Positions 35,740 through 39,866 of a stretch of DNA of 39,866 bases are shown here, piece after piece. Numbering within the stretch: the first letter of the stretch is position 1; each line of letters begins with the position of its first letter. The notes under the pieces are model-generated. The model saw only the letters and a program-made list of their open reading frames with translations. It did not search any database and was not told the DNA's origin. The stretch comes from Eubacteriales bacterium (GTDB taxonomy: Bacteria > Bacillota > Clostridia > Oscillospirales > JAAYXM01). Location: NCBI GenBank assembly GCA_045629985.1, contig JAZQSI010000136.1, positions 1-39,866 of the forward strand, in the 5' to 3' direction. The position numbers and the translations under genes were made by a program.

Positions 35740-36567
35740 CTATGCCCGAGGTCTCTTTTTATATACCACTATTCCAAACTCAACAGATAGCTCAAGTTTG
35801 TCAATATGCGAGAGTTTTTCCATATCCTCTTCGCTTGTGCGGTAAAAATACGGTGTCATAACGAACAGGTTTTTAACATCCTCGACTTTTTCAATCAGGA
35901 TGTTATACCGAAGCTCGTGTCTCGCCGCAATCTCAAAGCCTACCTCTTCCATATCCGTCTCGGGGTTTTCGTACGGCGTGTCATACACAAGCGACTTAAG
36001 TTCCCAAAGATGGCGTGCAAGCGGATATGCGCGGATTATTACACCGTCATCTTTGAGCACGCGTGAAAACTCCTCTGCAAAAAACGGGGCAAAGATGCTG
36101 ACAAAAACATCTGCACTTTCATTCGCCATTGGAAGCTTCGCCGCCGAAGCGACCGCGAAACGGCAGGTCTTATCGCGCCCTGCGGCAAGGTTTACGGCAT
36201 TTTTTGAAATGTCAATACCGACAACATCAACGCTCTTTCCCGCATTCTTCAAAGCTTCTGCTATATCAGAGGTGTATTTTCCCTCACCACAACCTGCATC
36301 AAGAATAACTCCACCGTCCTTGCAGTGCTCTGCCGCAAGGCTTGCAACGCACCTGGAAAGCTCATCATAAAACCCGCGTGCGAGAAAATTTGCGCGTGCG
36401 GAAACCATAGCCTTGTCATCGCCGTGAATCTTTCCTGAAGCTGAAGACAAAAGGAGATTTACATATCCCTTTTTTGATATGTCAAAGCTGTGAGCGTTCT
36501 CACAAAAATAAACCTTCTCCCGTTTCTCAAGCGGTTTCCCGCAAACGGGACAAACGAAAACAGACAT
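35740..36567 (-). CDS. RlmA-like 23S rRNA (guanine-N1)-methyltransferase
   Basis: N-terminal Zn-finger CPVCGKPL...FCENAHSFDISKKGYVNLL and the SAM motif LDAGCGEG. Confidence 0.8.
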   Translation of the reverse strand: MSVFVCPVCGKPLEKREKVYFCENAHSFDISKKGYVNLLLSSASGKIHGDDKAMVSARANFLARGFYDELSRCVASLAAEHCKDGGVILDAGCGEGKYTSDIAEALKNAGKSVDVVGIDISKNAVNLAAGRDKTCRFAVASAAKLPMANESADVFVSIFAPFFAEEFSRVLKDDGVIIRAYPLARHLWELKSLVYDTPYENPETDMEEVGFEIAARHELRYNILIEKVEDVKNLFVMTPYFYRTSEEDMEKLSHIDKLELSVEFGIVVYKKRPRA

Positions 36568-36569
36568 AA

Positions 36570-37367
36570 CTACTTCATAAAGAGCGTGCCGACGCTCTTG
36601 CCGCCGATGATGTCATATGCGGTTTCAATTTTCGTACCGTTTGTGATTACCATCGGGATGTCGTTTTCAAAGCACACCTCGGCGGCGTGAATCTTCGTGA
36701 CCATTCCACCCGTTCCGAGCTTTGTGCCTGCGCCGCCTGCAAGAGCTCGGATTTCGTCCGTAATCCCGTGCACACGGGGAATAATCTTTGCATTTTCATT
36801 CTCTCTCGGGTCGCAGTCGTAGAGACCGTCGATATCCGAGAAGATTATGAGAAGGTCTGCGTTTACAAGCGCCGCAACCTCTGCAGAAAGCGTGTCGTTA
36901 TCGCCGAAGAGGATTTCTTCAACGCCCGTGGTGTCGTTTTCGTTGACAACAGGGATAGCATCAACCTCAAAAAGTGCCTCGAAAGTATCCTCTACTTTCT
37001 GGCGACGTTCAGGCTCGACAATATCGCTCTTCGTGATAAGAATCTGTCCGACAACCTGTGAATAGTCGAGGAAGAACTTATCGTAAATATGCATAAGCTC
37101 GCACTGACCGACAGATGCCGCCGCCTGCTTATAGCGAAGCTCCTTGGGGCGCACCGTCATACCGAGTTTTGACATGCCGACGCCAATCGCGCCCGATGTA
37201 ACGAGCACGACGTCAATTCCCATATTCTTTATATCCGAAAGGACACGTGCGAGAAGCTCGAGATGGCGCAAATCAAGCCTTCCCGTATTCTCATGAGTGA
37301 GAGTGGACGTTCCTATCTTTATAACAACTCTTTTTATCTTGTCTGTCTGATACAATTCTTTCGCCAC
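36570..37367 (-). CDS. proB: Glutamate 5-kinase (short form without a PUA domain)
   Basis: VVIKIGTSTLT, VLVTSGAIG and PVVNENDT motifs. 265 aa. Confidence 0.9.
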   Translation of the reverse strand: MAKELYQTDKIKRVVIKIGTSTLTHENTGRLDLRHLELLARVLSDIKNMGIDVVLVTSGAIGVGMSKLGMTVRPKELRYKQAAASVGQCELMHIYDKFFLDYSQVVGQILITKSDIVEPERRQKVEDTFEALFEVDAIPVVNENDTTGVEEILFGDNDTLSAEVAALVNADLLIIFSDIDGLYDCDPRENENAKIIPRVHGITDEIRALAGGAGTKLGTGGMVTKIHAAEVCFENDIPMVITNGTKIETAYDIIGGKSVGTLFMK

Positions 37368-37369
37368 CT

Positions 37370-37822
37370 TTAAGCGTTAAAAGTACCTGCTTCAATTTCG
37401 CGGATCATGTCAACGCGAGCCGCGTGTCTTCCGCCCTCTGCCTCTGTGTCGAGGAAGATGTCAACGAGCTCAATCGCAATACCTTCACCGATAACGCGAG
37501 CGCCGAGGCAGAGAACATTTGCATCGTTGTGAAGACGTGTATAGCGAGCGGAGAAATGCTCGGAAACTACGGAAGCGCGAACGCCCTTCACCTTGTTTGC
37601 CGCAATGCTCATACCGATACCCGTACCGCAGACGAGGATACCAAAATCAGCATCTTTTTCAGAAACGCTCTTTGCTACCTTGTATGCAAATTCGGGATAA
37701 TGGCTTGACTCTGCGTTGTAAGCTCCAACGTCTGCGACCTCAAAGCCGCGGCCCTTAAGATGCTCGATGATTTTTGCCTTCATAGCGAAACCTGCGCTGT
37801 CTGCACCAATTACTACCTTCAT
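37370..37822 (-). CDS. rpiB: Ribose-5-phosphate isomerase B (RpiB/LacA/LacB family)
   Basis: MKVVIGADSAGF...LVCGTGIGMSIAANK... 150 aa. Confidence 0.9.
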   Translation of the reverse strand: MKVVIGADSAGFAMKAKIIEHLKGRGFEVADVGAYNAESSHYPEFAYKVAKSVSEKDADFGILVCGTGIGMSIAANKVKGVRASVVSEHFSARYTRLHNDANVLCLGARVIGEGIAIELVDIFLDTEAEGGRHAARVDMIREIEAGTFNA

Positions 37823-37824
37823 TT

Positions 37825-38511
37825 TTATTTACCTTCCTTTTCTATTCTTTCAAGTCTTTCTCTTTCTGCCTGTGGCAGTCTTATGTATTCGGGTGAAAGC
37901 GTTTTTGCCGATACCGTGTCGCGCTTGGCGGCAAGGAAAGCAACGCTTGATGCCCGTTGATACCTGATATTTTCGGGAGCTGCACGGAAACTCTCTCCCG
38001 CTTCTTTCATGAACACCTCTGTTCCGTCACCGCAGACGAGGATATTTTCTTTTTCCGAAAGCTCCTCAAGAAGCTCCGAAATCTTTATCGCGCGGTCGTC
38101 GCACAGTCGCGTGAGACATCCGTTCTCCGCCTTGAAGAGCGCGTTGTAAACCTGACCTGCGCGAGCATCCATAACGGCGCAGATTGTGCCGCCAATATGT
38201 GCAACACCACACGCCGCCGCCTCAAGCGTTGACACTCCGACGCACGGAATATCGCGGCTCCACGCAAGCCCCTTTACCGCCGCCATACCGATGCGAAGCC
38301 CAGTAAACGAACCGGGTCCCTCGGTAATCGCGATGCGATCAATATCATCCATCGCAAGTCCTGCAGTTTGGAGCAACCACTCAACCGACGGCATAATCGT
38401 AACGCTGTGGGTAAGGCCGCAGTTAAGAAACGCTTCCGCAAGGATTTTCCCATCCTCCGCAATGCAGACGGATGCCGCTTTTGCCGAAGACTCTATTGCA
38501 AGTATCTTCAT
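37825..38511 (-). CDS. tsaB: tRNA threonylcarbamoyladenosine biosynthesis protein TsaB
   Basis: MKILAIESS...GPGSFTGLRIG. Confidence 0.9.
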   Translation of the reverse strand: MKILAIESSAKAASVCIAEDGKILAEAFLNCGLTHSVTIMPSVEWLLQTAGLAMDDIDRIAITEGPGSFTGLRIGMAAVKGLAWSRDIPCVGVSTLEAAACGVAHIGGTICAVMDARAGQVYNALFKAENGCLTRLCDDRAIKISELLEELSEKENILVCGDGTEVFMKEAGESFRAAPENIRYQRASSVAFLAAKRDTVSAKTLSPEYIRLPQAERERLERIEKEGK

Positions 38512-38514
38512 ATT

Positions 38515-38931
38515 TTACGCCTCCGAAATCTCAATGCAGCGTGCATTCTCATCTTCTGCATCGCGGCTTATCTCAACAAAATGGGTAAATGAAACTTCAT
38601 CCTCTGCCCTCTCCGACCACTCGATAAAGCAGATTCCGCCGCGAGCAAGATAATCGTCAAACCCGATTTCAAAAAGCTCGTCTGCGCTACCGAGACGGTA
38701 AAGGTCAAAATGAAACATCGGAACTGCGGTTTCATACTCATTTACAATCGTATATGTAGGACTTGTTACTCTACCCGTCTCGCCAAGGCCGCGAGCCGCA
38801 CCGCGCACAAACGCAGTCTTTCCGACGCCCAGCCCTCCGCGCATGGCAACAACTGCCCCCGAAGATAGAGTTTTTGCAAAGTCTTCGCCGACTTTTTCGG
38901 TTTCATATTCGTTTTTGCAATAATATTTCAT
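38515..38931 (-). CDS. tsaE: tRNA threonylcarbamoyladenosine biosynthesis ATPase TsaE
   Basis: GGLGVGKT Walker A, SPTYT and HFDLYRL motifs. Confidence 0.9.
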   Translation of the reverse strand: MKYYCKNEYETEKVGEDFAKTLSSGAVVAMRGGLGVGKTAFVRGAARGLGETGRVTSPTYTIVNEYETAVPMFHFDLYRLGSADELFEIGFDDYLARGGICFIEWSERAEDEVSFTHFVEISRDAEDENARCIEISEA

Positions 38932-39007
38932 ATGCCACCGCCGTTTTCATTCTATCTATTTATTATACAATCATCCGCACCCTTTTTTCAAGTAATATCT
39001 TGAAATA

Positions 39008-39044
39008 TGTAAAAAATCAAACACCCGAGGTTTTACCCTCGGGC
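39008..39044 (-). terminator. Intrinsic terminator after the metallophosphoesterase gene
   Basis: CCCGAGG-loop-CCTCGGG stem followed on the minus strand by TGTTTGATTTTTT. Confidence 0.6.
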
Positions 39045-39076
39045 GTTCGGGTTGTGTTCTTCCTTTTTGTTTAAAA

Positions 39077-39754
39077 TCAGAGTTTTACAATTCTGTTGAA
39101 CACTGCTTCGAAACCATTCTCCATTTCTGCATCTTTATGATAATGTCCGAAAAACCACTTTTTGTATTGCAACTTGCTCTTCACCTCTTCGAGAAACTCG
39201 GTAAGATGATTTACTTCATATTCGGGCGCAAGCAAATTCTGCACAGATTCAGGAGCTGAATGAGTAATTACATAATCAACCACGTAATTGTTTTCGCGAA
39301 TTTTTTCCCTTGCATTACGATACTCCTCTTCGCTTGCAAGTTCTTCTGCCCACCAGTTTTTACCTTCAGTGCGATATTCCTTATCATGGGAACTTCCTCC
39401 ACCAAAGGCAAAAAACTTTTTTCCGGCAATGGTATAAACCTCTCCGCGCATCAAGTGATAAATGCCGTCATCAACCCTGTGAACGGTTCCGCCGCAAAAC
39501 TCCTCCTCAGGCAACGAATTGAGAGTTTGGAAATTTTCGTGATTTCCGTCAACAAAAAGTGTTGTGAAATTCCTTTGTTTGAGCCATTTTATCCAATACT
39601 TCTCCTCGTTGCTTCCATCCCACACACCGCCAAAATCTCCACAAATTATGACATAGTCCTCTTTTGTAAGAACCTTTTGTTCGGAAAATCTTTTAACCGA
39701 AAGTCTGGTTATGTCCTCTGTCGGAATATGCGTATCGCCCGTAATATATATCAT
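39077..39754 (-). CDS. Calcineurin-like metallophosphoesterase
   Basis: ITGDTHIP, CGDFGG and VDGNHEN metal-binding motifs. 225 aa. Confidence 0.8.
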   Translation of the reverse strand: MIYITGDTHIPTEDITRLSVKRFSEQKVLTKEDYVIICGDFGGVWDGSNEEKYWIKWLKQRNFTTLFVDGNHENFQTLNSLPEEEFCGGTVHRVDDGIYHLMRGEVYTIAGKKFFAFGGGSSHDKEYRTEGKNWWAEELASEEEYRNAREKIRENNYVVDYVITHSAPESVQNLLAPEYEVNHLTEFLEEVKSKLQYKKWFFGHYHKDAEMENGFEAVFNRIVKL

Positions 39755-39866
39755 TCAATCACCTTCTCCCCTATTTTACCACAGTGTAAACACAAGGGGG
39801 CGGTTCTATTGTGCTATGTTCCCTTGTGTTGAGTTGTTTTCTTTTTCATTCTACCACACACCGCAA

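Noticed and set aside
1-39866. CRISPR arrays, transposases, toxin-antitoxin pairs or known defence systems.
   Set aside because: I saw no regularly spaced repeats and no cas, integrase, transposase, restriction or abortive-infection-like proteins in any frame. The lone XRE regulator has no adjacent toxin-like ORF.

Overview
A chromosomal segment from a Firmicute, most likely a Clostridia/Oscillospiraceae-like anaerobe. That placement is inferred from gene content only: Rex, DegV/FakA, an SLH protein, the DUF1385-prmC pairing and a DUF2953-like protein. About 40 genes are packed tightly and most lie on the minus strand. The right two thirds (about 16.5-39.8 kb) is housekeeping: icd-rex, tsaD/rimI, polA, cysS, pgsA, rimO, recX, recA, prmC, a two-component system, rlmA-like, proB, rpiB, tsaB, tsaE and one tRNA-Pro(UGG). 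The left 16 kb is dominated by lipid metabolism. It holds a fakB-fakB-fakA-plsX operon, three membrane-anchored or secreted-type alpha/beta hydrolases (one with a Cys in the nucleophile elbow), a CE4 deacetylase and a GT2 glycosyltransferase with a multi-pass membrane tail. The strongest candidate for an undescribed system is a translationally coupled six-gene operon at 10.9-16.0 kb. It encodes a zinc-ribbon membrane protein, an ANL adenylating enzyme fused to a carrier domain (with a degenerate P-loop), a tandem double PlsC-type acyltransferase, a free 79-aa carrier protein, a minimal LRAT/PLAAT-like NCEHF cysteine acyltransferase and a DUF2953-like membrane protein. Other points of interest are a head-to-tail DnaA-box cluster just downstream of tsaD, a 72/73-bp direct repeat that duplicates the 3' end of tRNA-Pro plus its terminator around a structured 128-nt spacer, a perfect 13-bp inverted-repeat operator set in front of a small XRE regulator, and recA embedded without a visible SOS box in a roughly 14.5-kb run of genes with no terminators. 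No CRISPR array, integrase, transposase or recognisable defence genes were seen.
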